Assembly (NCBI GenBank): GCA_012862495.1 | Contig: BLSG01000182.1 | Coordinates: 50,753 to 99,529 of the forward strand | Length of the DNA stretch: 48,777 nucleotides | Source: Thraustochytrium aureum | Taxonomy: Eukaryota | Direction: 5' to 3' | Part shown: in pieces, positions 33,431 through 43,323 of the stretch | How the letters are laid out: each line of letters opens with the position of its first letter | Numbering within the stretch: position 1 is the stretch's first letter | Notes under the pieces: generated by a model | Database searches by the model: none | What the model was told of the DNA's origin: nothing | The model's input: the letters and a program-made list of their open reading frames with translations, nothing else | Made by a program: the position numbers and the translations under genes

Positions 33431-36400
33431 ATGGGCGCCGGGCAGTCCATCGTGGACAAGGCGCGCGAATCGGTGCGCGACGTAGTGCCTCGAGCGCACG
33501 TCCGCGGCAAGGCGTACGAGGCCGCAGCCACCCTGCCGCACAAACCGCAGGTCGCAACCATCCTCGCGGCAGACCTGGCAAAAGCGCCACAGCGCACTGG
33601 CTCGGGCAACTTGCTCAGCGAGCGAAGGGCGCGGCAGACCGGCGTTACGAGAAGCGACGAGGCGAAAGACAGAGCGGACGCCGCCGTCACTGGAAGCGGC
33701 TCGGGCAATCGCGCGCTGGCTGCGCGCGCAGTGCGGCGCGACCAGTCATTGCCACAGAGCGCAGCTGCGACGCTCAGCGACGACGACCTTGAAAGCCTGT
33801 CATCGCTCTCTGACGACGAAGTCGCAGCGCCCACGGGAAGTCGAGACGATGCTATGTCGCAAGACGAACGCGACAAGCCTGCACCGCACCCAGGCAAGAA
33901 AACTATCGACCCGCAGAGGCGCTGCCACTACCTCGAAATCCCCGTCGGGACCAGTGGTGCGCTGACACGCCGCGTGTTTGAGGTGCGCGAGAGGAAGGTT
34001 GAACCGTGCACTGAGGAGGAGCAGGTCGTCCCGCAGCAGCCATACCTTTCGCACGCAACCACCGACACGATCATTGTGCGCTGGGAACTGACCAACTGGA
34101 CCGACGCAAAGCGCGTCTNNNNNNNNNNNNNNNNNNNNNNNNNNNNNNNNNNNNNNNNNNNNNNNNNNNNNNNNNNNNNNNNNNNNNNNNNNNNNNNNNN
34201 NNNNNNNNNNNNNNNNNNNNNNNNNNNNNNNNNNNNNNNNNNNNNNNNNNNNNNNNNNNNNNNNNNNNNNNNNNNNNNNNNNNNNNNNNNNNNNNNNNNN
34301 NNNNNNNNNNNNNNNNNNNNNNNNNNNNNNNNNNNNNNNNNNNNNNNNNNNNNNNNNNNNNNNNNNNNNNNNNNNNNNNNNNNNNNNNNNNNNNNNNNNN
34401 NNNNNNNNNNNNNNNNNNNNNNNNNNNNNNNNNNNNNNNNNNNNNNNNNNNNNNNNNNNNNNNNNNNNNNNNNNNNNNNNNNNNNNNNNNNNNNNNNNNN
34501 NNNNNNNNNNNNNNNNNNNNNNNNNNNNNNNNNNNNNNNNNNNNNNNNNNNNNNNNNNNNNNNNNNNNNNNNNNNNNNNNNNNNNNNNNNNNNNNNNATT
34601 CTCGCCCGCTCGCTCGAGCTGCACTTTGAAGCGCCGTCCACGTACGGGAACGGCTACGACGTGGGCATGCACAACCTCTTCTTCCCGTTCAAGGACTCGT
34701 CGTCCTGGTTTGGGCTCGATGTGGCCGCCACAGCAGAGGCGCAGGCGCGCGACCAAGGAAAGGGCGCTCGCAAGCAAGCCAAGCAAGCCAAGCAAGCCAA
34801 GCGCCGCGAACCCAGTGTCACGGTCGCTGGGTGGGCCGCCGAAGCGGAGCGCGTCGCGAACTACGCGAGAGCATGCTCGGACAACTTTCGCTCCGAAGGG
34901 TGGCTACAAACCGTCGACCAGGTCTCGGGGCAGAGCTACTGGACCAACACACTCACTCAGGCAATATCCTGGAACGACCCAGACGACCGCCACATCCCCG
35001 TCAGCGAGTATGTCTTGCTCGGCAGGGTTGAGACTGTGGCAGATATCAAGCACCGGTTTCGCGAGTACTATCGCGGTCCGTCACGACATGTGGCTTTGCA
35101 CGGGCTTCGTCCCGACACGGCATACGAGTTCAAGGTTTCGGTCACCTGCAAGTGCACCGGCGCTGGCCCAAGCGCGTTTTCGCCAGTGCTCCACGTCAGC
35201 ACCGCGCAGCCAGCCGCAGAGAGACTTCTGGTGCCTCTTGGCTGGGTCGAGCTCTGGGACCCAACCACCGAGTTTGTCTATTACCATGAGCGGTCCTCAA
35301 AGCGAATACAGTGGGAGCACCCGGCTGGACCTTGTCTGGACGACCCAGAGCTGGGCTTCCGCAAGAAGCGATTTCGTCTTCTGCACCGTCTTCACGAGCG
35401 TCTACCGCCTGCGCAAAACATCGACACGCTCAAGCTTCGCCTCACGCGCGCAAACTTGCTGAACGACTCCCTCGAGCAGTTCGCGTTGCTCGAACGGGCG
35501 GAGATGGCGCGCCGTCTCAATGTCTCCTTCGAGGGCGAAGATGGCATCGACTCTGGCGGGATCACGACGGAGTGGTACCTGGAGGCCTCCAAGGCTTTCT
35601 TTGAGGATGGGCTGGGCCTCTTTGACAAGTGCGAGGCCAGCCAGCTGTACACGGTTCGCCCCTNNNNNNNNNNNNNNNNNNNNNNNNNNNNNNNNNNNNN
35701 NNNNNNNNNNNNNNNNNNNNNNNNNNNNNNNNNNNNNNNNNNNNNNNNNNNNNNNNNNNNNNNNNNNNNNNNNNNNNNNNNNNNNNNNNNNNNNNNNNNN
35801 NNNNNNNNNNNNNNNNNNNNNNNNNNNNNNNNNNNNNNNNNNNNNNNNNNNNNNNNNNNNNNNNNNNNNNNNNNNNNNNNNNNNNNNNNNNNNNNNNNNN
35901 NNNNNNNNNNNNNNNNNNNNNNNNNNNNNNNNNNNNNNNNNNNNNNNNNNNNNNNNNNNNNNNNNNNNNNNNNNNNNNNNNNNNNNNNNNNNNNNNNNNN
36001 NNNNNNNNNNNNNNNNNNNNNNNNNNNNNNNNNNNNNNNNNNNNNNNNNNNNNNNNNNNNNNNNNNNNNNNNNNNNNNNNNNNNNNNNNNNNNNNNNNNN
36101 NNNNNNNNNNNNNNNNNNNNNNNNNNNNNNNNNNNNNNNNNNNNNNNNNNNNNNNNNNNNNNNNNNNNNNNNNNNNNNNNNNNNNNNNNNNNNNNNNNNN
36201 NNNNNNNNNNNNNNNNNNNNNNNNNNNNNNNNNNNNNNNNNNNNNCGCACCTTTTTGCGGGTACGTGTGGCGCCACCTCCTCGGCCTGGCGCCGTCGCTG
36301 GACGATCTGCAGCAAGTAGACCAGCTCTTCCATCAGAGTCTGGTCTGGATGCTCGGGAACGACATTTCGGACGTGCTCTTCGAAAAGTTCACCGTCCCAG

Positions 36401-36958
36401 GGCCGGGCGGGGGCGCCCCCATCCCAGTCGCCCCTGGCGGCGAAGACCGCGACGTGACCGAGGCAAACAAGGTCGAGTACGTCGACTGTGTCGTGCGGTG
36501 GAAGCTGTGGGAGGCGATCAAGGGGCCGATTCTCGAGCTTTGCGAGGGATTTCACGAGCTCTTGCCGCCGAGCGAGCTCGCGCAGTTTGCGCCGGCCGAG
36601 CTCGAGCTGCTGGTCAACGGGTCAGCCGAGGTGCCGGTCCGCGAGCTGCGCCGCCTGGCTCGGTATGCAAACGGGTACACGGACAAGGCCAAGCCCGTCC
36701 AATACTTTTGGAACGTTGTTCCAAGACGCCTCGCAGCGCCAGCGCGCGCAGATCCTCGCCTTTGTCACTGGCTCTGGCAAGATGCCGCTCGACGATTTGT
36801 CCATCCAGATCGTGCGGAGCGACGAGGGGCCCGAATGCCTTCCCACATCCCATTGCTGCTTCGACCAGCTCGTGATCCCCGTCTACGAGTCGCAGCAGCA
36901 ATTGCAAGAAAAGCTGTTCCAGGCCATGGAGCACTCGCAAGGGTTTTACATGACGTGA
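33431..36958 (+). CDS. HECT E3 ubiquitin ligase with FN3 and WW domains and a predicted N-myristoylation motif; two gaps and a frame break at about 36712
   Basis: MGAGQS start. WW domains GWLQTVDQVSGQSYWTNTLTQAISWNDP and PLGWVELWDPTTEFVYYHERSSKRIQWEHP. FN3 motif GLRPDTAYEFKV. HECT motifs LNVSFEGEDGIDSGGITTEW, VTEANKVEYV, ELELLVNG, LAFVTGS, LPTSHCCFDQLVIPVY. Confidence 0.92.
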
Positions 36959-37175
36959 GCCCCTCGCGCTTGCCAAGGCCTTGGGACGTTCACGGCGCGC
37001 TGCTCTGCTGCTTGTCGCGACGCTATCCCGTGCATGTGGTGGCGCACGCTCGTGCAAGCCGGCCGGTCGCCTGTTGACCGTTCGAAGCTCTCCAGCCCCC
37101 CTCAGGAGTCTGTACAGAAATATCTTTGTATCTATAGAGTTACACGCGCGGGCCGCCCAGGCGAGGCTTGGGAGG

Positions 37176-38864
37176 CTAAAGCACGCGTTGCGTCTTCTTC
37201 TCCTTGACCGACCACACCAAGAGCCACTTGAGGTTTGTCAGGACGTGGCGCAGCGCTACCGTCCACCTGTATGCGTTCTCGACGTCGTCCACGCTCGGAA
37301 TCACCTGGCCAGTCGCCGCCCTGGTGCAGACCGCCAGCTGCTGCAGCGCCAGCCGGTGCGGCCGATCCCCGCTCCGCCGCTTCCAGGGGTGCCGGCAAGG
37401 AGGGGCGAGTGCGTCAAGTCCACCGAGTCGCCGTTTATCGTTGCCGAGTTCGGATCCAGGCCCTTGTGCCAGGTGCTTTCTTCCGGAATATCGATTGTGT
37501 ACATTTTGTCGCGCAGTTTGAGCATCTGCCCGCTTTGGGACTGGACTGAGGGCGAGCGATAAACAACGCCCCACCGCGCCAGGCAACGTCAGCACCTCGC
37601 ACGCCCATGCCAGCTGAAGACAGCGCCGTTTGCGCAACTTTCCGCTCTCTTCTTGAGAGCAGCGCCGCCCGCCGCTCGTACCGACGTTGTGTCGTCAAAC
37701 TTACCTGCAACCTCGGCCAGCTGGTGCAAGCAAACCAGGAAGGCCCTCATCGCCATGCTGAAACTTTCGGCGGCCGAGTTTCGCGCCATCAACCCGTTCA
37801 GGCGGTCCAGCACGCCAGAAGCCTTCGAAGGGTCAAAGTAGAGCGCGTAGCGCCCAGGCACCTTGCCCGGAGTCAAGTAGTCGAGGGCGGACTTGGACGT
37901 GCCAAGCTTGACAACGTTAGTCCGCGCCCCCATGGGCTCGATTCGGTATCCGGCGAAAGAGAAGCTGCAGCTCTGCGCAATGGCCGACAGCAGCATCGCT
38001 GACAGCCCCCATGCAGTGTTGATCTCCTCCCAGCCAGGGGCGGGCCGTGCCACGCTGGGCATGGTTGGTAGACTTGACGCTGCCGAAGACCCGTCCGCGC
38101 CAGTCGGGTCGCGCGGACTGGTCGCCATTGAGGCCCTGCGCAGCGCGCGGCTCACACCGAGCAGCTGGCCGAGCCGAAAGCCGTTGATCGTGCCGTNNNN
38201 NNNNNNNNNNNNNNNNNNNNNNNNNNNNNNNNNNNNNNNNNNNNNNNNNNNNNNNNNNNNNNNNNNNNNNNNNNNNNNNNNNNNNNNNNNNNNNNNNNNN
38301 NNNNNNNNNNNNNNNNNNNNNNNNNNNNNNNNNNNNNNNNNNNNNNNNNNNNNNNNNNNNNNNNNNNNNNNNNNNNNNNNNNNNNNNNNNNNNNNNNNNN
38401 NNNNNNNNNNNNNNNNNNNNNNNNNNNNNNNNNNNNNNNNNNNNNNNNNNNNNNNNNNNNNNNNNNNNNNNNNNNNNNNNNNNNNNNNNNNNNNNNNNNN
38501 NNNNNNNNNNNNNNNNNNNNNNNNNNNNNNNNNNNNNNNNNNNNTTCTTCTTGACGAGTTTGCTCGTGCCCCCCACGCGGCGGTGAAGCACGATGAACGT
38601 GTCGTCGCCAGGCGGGCTCAGCGGCGCGGCTTTCTCCGCATCGCCGTCCCTCTGCGCATCCAGCCTGCTCGGCAGCGACAGCCGCCTTGGCCGTGCTGCA
38701 GCACTCGCGGCCTCCGCGCGCTCCACCGTCACCGCCACGCCGCACTTCGTACAATGTGCAGAGAGATCGAACCGAATCTGCTTTTTCTTCCCCTTGGCGC
38801 CCGCCGCATCCTCCGCGGCGCGGGCGGCAGCGCGGCCGTCCATCGCCGCGGCGTCCCCGTCCAT
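37176..38864 (-). CDS. ATG6: Beclin-1 / Atg6 / Vps30; intron 37546-37704, gap 38197-38544, frame break at 37367-37370
   Basis: GTINGFRLG, WEEINTAWG, YRIEPMG, FSMAMRAFLVCLHQL, WTVALRHVLTNLKWLL and an N-terminal CTKC. A GTAAG...CTGAC...CTCAG intron keeps frame. Confidence 0.9.
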
Positions 38865-39469
38865 CTGGGCTCCTCGGCCGCCAAAAGGGCCAACGTGCCA
38901 CAAAGCAACGGGGCAGCAGGGCAAGCAACAGCGAACAGCAAAGCAAACAAAGTGTACACGCAGCCGCGCAGCCGCGCAGACAGCTCCTCGTGCGCCGCCG
39001 CAGCCGCGACACTGTCCACCGCGCTCCTCGCGCTCCTGCGCCGCATTTGTGTTCCTGCTCGCGCCAAAACGAACAAAAGGAGCTCGAGGAAGAACCTCCA
39101 CGAACAAACGGAATAAAGGAACGAAAAGAGCCGTTGAGGAGATTGATCTTTTGAGATCAAAAGAGGAGAACGGGCAATGGGGAGAGAGACATCGTGAACG
39201 AGGTTGGGCGCGTGTTTGGTCGAGGCACGGACGGGGCGTTTCGCGTCGGCAGTGCTCGACACCGCAAGGCTGTCATCCGTCCAGTTTTGCGTCATCTGGA
39301 TTAGTTTGATTGAATTGATTCGCATTTCAAAATTTGATTGGGATCTCACTACTCCAGAGGCCGGCGTGGGCGCCGTCCCGCGGTGATGGTGACGGATCTA
39401 TGGGAGTGCATGTACAGCGCCTGAGCGCTTGATCATGAGCGTTTTTGGTTGAGCTGGCTTTGGGTCGGC

Positions 39470-42094
39470 TCACGGCTCCCCGTCGCGCTGCGACTCGGCG
39501 GAAGCGCTTGCGGCTGTGTCAGCTGATCGACGCGTGTCGGTTACTTTGGCGTCGGCCGTCTTGATCGAGACTGGAGCACGGTGCACGGACGGGCCGATCA
39601 AGCTGAGGAGGACAGGGACGAAGCAGAGCCCAAAGGAGCCGCCCAACACCACGATGGAGAGGAACATCTTGTAGAAGACGCGAAAGACCTGGCTACCTGC
39701 AAACGCGAGCGGCATGACACCCAGGAACGTGGTAGCGACGCCCAAAAGCACCGCAGGGCCGATCGACTCCAAGGTGGCCAGCGCGCGCTCGTCCCGTGAC
39801 GTGGTCGGGTCTTGCAGCCCAAAGGTGTGAATCACATGCGCGGTAAAGTCCACAACGAGCCCAATCGCCATGAGCAAGTTGACCATGGAAATGGAGTTGA
39901 GCGAGAGACCCCAGACGCCCGGCAACGAGCCCACCAGCGCTACAAAGATCATCGCGAGCACAGCGACAGCGATGACGATGCTAAGCGGGTGGACGAGCAG
40001 CACGGCGCAGATAAGCGTGACTGCGATGAGCGAAAACCCGATGCTCGATACGGTCTCGCGAGTGATGATCGAAAACTGGTGGAAGAAGAGGTAGCTGCCT
40101 CCAGCAGCGTCGACGAAGAAGTCGTCCTTCATGCTCGAGGCAGCAACTGCCCCTTGCGTGGACTCCAGCATCCGGACCTCTTCGATGGCGTTTTGGCCAT
40201 TCTTGTGAAACATCCATGTCCGAGCGGCAACGAAGCGGCCGTCCCCGTCGCGCACAACATCGCCCGCAAACCGCTCGTTCTGCGGCTCGGCAAGGAACGC
40301 GCCAAGCGCAGCGTCAAAGCCAGCGCCGACCACGAAGGTGGATGTCTCGTCGAGAGAGCTGACCAGCGACGGTTGCTGGCGGGCCCACGCCGAGAACGCG
40401 GCGTGCCAGTCGGCCTTGCCCTTGGACTGGTCGATCGTGTCGAGGGCAAAAACCTCGGCTGTGAGGCGGGTCAGCTCGGCTTGCACCCCGGCCTGGCTGA
40501 TCTGAGCGCTGCGCACGTAGAGGGCCACGGGCAGGGCGTTGTTCACGGACCCGTACAGTGACTCGCTGAGGGACAGCGTGTCCTGCAGGTAGCTGTCATC
40601 GGGGGCGAGCTCGCGAAGATCAAAGTCCGTGTTGAGCTTGGTCGCCTGCCAGCCGCCGAGCGCGACAACGACAAGAAAGGAGACGAGGACGACCGCCTTG
40701 ACCGCAGGACGCAGAATGAAGGGGCCGTAGTAGTCCCGAAACACAATCGTGAGAAGCCGGGGCTTGGGCGACGGGCTCGCCTTCTGCAGCTTGCAGCAGG
40801 GCACAATGTCTGCGCGTCGCGCGATCACCCGCCCCGCGTCCAGCGTGAGCAGCGCAGGGAAGGCCGTGAGATGCGCGACGTAGATGAAAAGGACGGCAAG
40901 GCAGGCGTACTGGCCAAACCACTGCACCGCAGGCAGCGCGGTGAGCGAAGCCAGCAGAAAGGCGGCAATGTCAGTCAGGCTCGTCACCGTGATCGACATG
41001 CCCGCGTCGTACATGGCCTCGTGGATGCGTTCATGCACACTCTTGGTGGCATCAGTCTGGTCGAATGCCCCGACAATCACGTATGCGTTGTCGATGCCAA
41101 CGCCCACCAGGATGAAGGGCAAGATCTGCGTAAGGCTGGTGAACGGCACTCCAATGAGCGCCGCTAGCCCGTACCCGGCCCCCGTGCTGAACAGGATGAG
41201 AAAGACCTCAGCGTTGGCGAGGAGCACTCGGCCTTCCAGAAGGGAGCCGGCTCGCCCAAGCGTGACGCTCGCAAAGCAGATCATCATCGTGTAAGCGATC
41301 ACCATCAGCGAAATGTCGCCGCCGACGCTCTTTCCAAGCTCGTCGTCGAGGCTCCGATCCGCGTTTACATACAACCGGATGTGCTCGCGAGGCTCGTCGA
41401 GCAGCCCAATCAGGAGCTCTTCCCACTCAAGCTGGGCTTCGTTGGACCCGTCATCAAGCGTCGCGCGCAGCCTAAACGTCACAGTTATCGCGCGGGCCGC
41501 TGCGCCGGTCCCCGTGCTGTTGAGCGAAAACCCGCCAAAGTCCGAGTCGCGCTGGACGCGGTCGCCGCTCGGGAACTCGATCTGGGCGCAGGTTGCAGCG
41601 ACCGTGGCGTCGTTGGTCTCTTGTGCTCGGAAAGCTGTCAGGTTGGCCTCCCAAAGCGCAAGAGCCCCGCCGATGTGGCAGGCTTGGCCGCTGCTGGAGG
41701 CAAGGCACAGCTTTGAGAATGTCAGGCCGTCCGAGGTCTCCGTGGTGATGAGCTCGTCGAAGACCTCGAGCGCTTCTTGTATCGCGGCGAATGTGAGCAC
41801 GTTGGAGGTCCCATCTTTGGCTGTCACAAACACTGTGTTGAACCGTGCCAGTGTCTCAAAGTTTGCTTCGACATAGTCAACGTTCTCCCTGACGCTGGAC
41901 GTCTGGTCTGTCCAGAGTTGCAGCCCGTCCGTCTTGACCTCCACTGTGAGCATGCCCAGCGTGAGGGCGACCGTGCCGAAGAAGAACACAGCGATGGTAG
42001 TCCTAGGACGTGTGGAGCAAGCCGCAGCTAGCGCCCCGATGCGCTTGGCGACGAAGGCCTCGACTCTGCTCACGCAGGCGACATAGGCTTGCAT
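39470..42094 (-). CDS. Patched/NPC1-related RND-family sterol-sensing-domain membrane transporter (874 aa, no NPC1 N-terminal domain)
   Basis: About 12 TM segments in a 1+5+1+5 arrangement. Motifs ILPFILVGVGIDNAYVI, AGMSITVTSLTD, LPAVQWF, LNSISMVNLLMAIGLVVDFTAHV, IGPAVLLG, FRVFYKMF, GLCFVPVLLSLIGP. Confidence 0.92.
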   Translation of the reverse strand: MQAYVACVSRVEAFVAKRIGALAAACSTRPRTTIAVFFFGTVALTLGMLTVEVKTDGLQLWTDQTSSVRENVDYVEANFETLARFNTVFVTAKDGTSNVLTFAAIQEALEVFDELITTETSDGLTFSKLCLASSSGQACHIGGALALWEANLTAFRAQETNDATVAATCAQIEFPSGDRVQRDSDFGGFSLNSTGTGAAARAITVTFRLRATLDDGSNEAQLEWEELLIGLLDEPREHIRLYVNADRSLDDELGKSVGGDISLMVIAYTMMICFASVTLGRAGSLLEGRVLLANAEVFLILFSTGAGYGLAALIGVPFTSLTQILPFILVGVGIDNAYVIVGAFDQTDATKSVHERIHEAMYDAGMSITVTSLTDIAAFLLASLTALPAVQWFGQYACLAVLFIYVAHLTAFPALLTLDAGRVIARRADIVPCCKLQKASPSPKPRLLTIVFRDYYGPFILRPAVKAVVLVSFLVVVALGGWQATKLNTDFDLRELAPDDSYLQDTLSLSESLYGSVNNALPVALYVRSAQISQAGVQAELTRLTAEVFALDTIDQSKGKADWHAAFSAWARQQPSLVSSLDETSTFVVGAGFDAALGAFLAEPQNERFAGDVVRDGDGRFVAARTWMFHKNGQNAIEEVRMLESTQGAVAASSMKDDFFVDAAGGSYLFFHQFSIITRETVSSIGFSLIAVTLICAVLLVHPLSIVIAVAVLAMIFVALVGSLPGVWGLSLNSISMVNLLMAIGLVVDFTAHVIHTFGLQDPTTSRDERALATLESIGPAVLLGVATTFLGVMPLAFAGSQVFRVFYKMFLSIVVLGGSFGLCFVPVLLSLIGPSVHRAPVSIKTADAKVTDTRRSADTAASASAESQRDGEP

Positions 42095-42918
42095 TTCCCT
42101 GGCGAATGTGGGTGATGTTGCTGGTTTGCGAGCGCGTTTGCGGCTTGATAATGCGCGCTGCAGATGGATGCGGGTTTGTGCTGCTTTGCGCTGCTTTGTC
42201 CCAGTCGAGTTCGATGGGGGTCTGCCGATTCGATGCGATGCGCCGTGCGCGACAAGCTAAGGTTTTTGCGCGAGCGCATTCTGTGGGCGGAGAGCTTTGA
42301 GCCAAATAAGAATGTTGCACTTCATGTATACAGCAGCAAGGTGGATCTCACTTGCGTCCAGCACGAGTGCTTGACACAACAGAATGTGGCGCGAGCACAT
42401 CACACCTCGTTTTGACCAGGTGATGTGATGTCGACCCACAACACCTCTCGTTTTTTGCCTCTGGCCAATTGCCTTTGGCCGTACCTGTCTCGGAGATCCA
42501 TGGGGGAGAAAGGTCTTCTGTCACGATCAGCCATGTCGATATCGCGGCGCGAGGATGTTGCCAACAAGGCGACTGGGGACATTCATTGAAGCCATGCGCG
42601 ATCGGCGGGACAGCTTCGCGGCAGTAGGCAGCTAAGAGAAAAGTATCGGTTAATTAAATTACTAAAGGACAAACCATATATGTTTTCCCGTTACTACGGC
42701 AGCTGCTTGAAACGCGCTAGCTGTCCGAGCGCCATCGAGACACAGCGATGGCGCGCATCGCACACTCCTGATGAACACCCCGACATCACGTAACTGCTCT
42801 GTTGCATGTGCGCCTGCCTCACCACAGGGGCTCTTCGCTCTCCAGCAGAGTAGGCGAAGGAGACGTTCGGGCCATCATCCTTTTGTGCGGTGCGGCGGTC
42901 GCGGAAAGACCCGCTCGT

Positions 42919-42974
42919 GAGGTGATGAGGTGTCGAGGTGTCGAGGTGTCGAGGTGACGAAGTGACGAAATGAT
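42919..42974. repeat. Degenerating 8-bp tandem repeat (GAGGTGTC), about 7 copies
   Basis: gaggtgat gaggtgtc gaggtgtc gaggtgtc gaggtgac gaagtgac gaaatgat. Confidence 0.85.
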
Positions 42975-43323
42975 CTTCGCTTGCGAAAATGAATGAAAAT
43001 TCAACGGCGGGTGAGTCTCACCCACCCAGCTGCTGCTCGTTTGATCGCGCTCAACGAACGGGCTCGGCAACAGGAACTTGGAACTCCTTCAAAAGGTCAA
43101 CTCATGGTGCTGGACTCGGTGAAAAGCAACAACAACAAAACAAAACAAAGACTCGTTCGAAAAGTTCATCATCGTCAGAGCTCCACGACCAAAGACCGCA
43201 GCAGCAGGACCGTCCAACAGAACCGACAAAAACCCAGCCTCCCGACACAACGCACGACACCAACTCGGCATGAGCGACATTCCATGACAAACGACCAAAC
43301 CCAAAAGCCGCGCGACCTCCTTT

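Noticed and set aside
202..42094. Hedgehog-like gene cluster (KIF7/27-like kinesin, WW-HECT ligase, Patched-like protein)
   Set aside because: The genes are up to 40 kb apart among unrelated housekeeping genes, and all belong to ancient broad families. No Smoothened, Gli or Hedgehog is present.
33431..42094. Functional autophagy/endosome cluster (HECT, Beclin-1, NPC1-like)
   Set aside because: Adjacency in a compact genome is expected by chance, and no shared regulatory element was seen.
42100..43320. Structured ncRNA or hidden gene in the long intergenic region
   Set aside because: No tRNA, snRNA or snoRNA signature or convincing ORF was recognised; only an 8-bp repeat and AT-rich patches consistent with UTR and promoter sequence.
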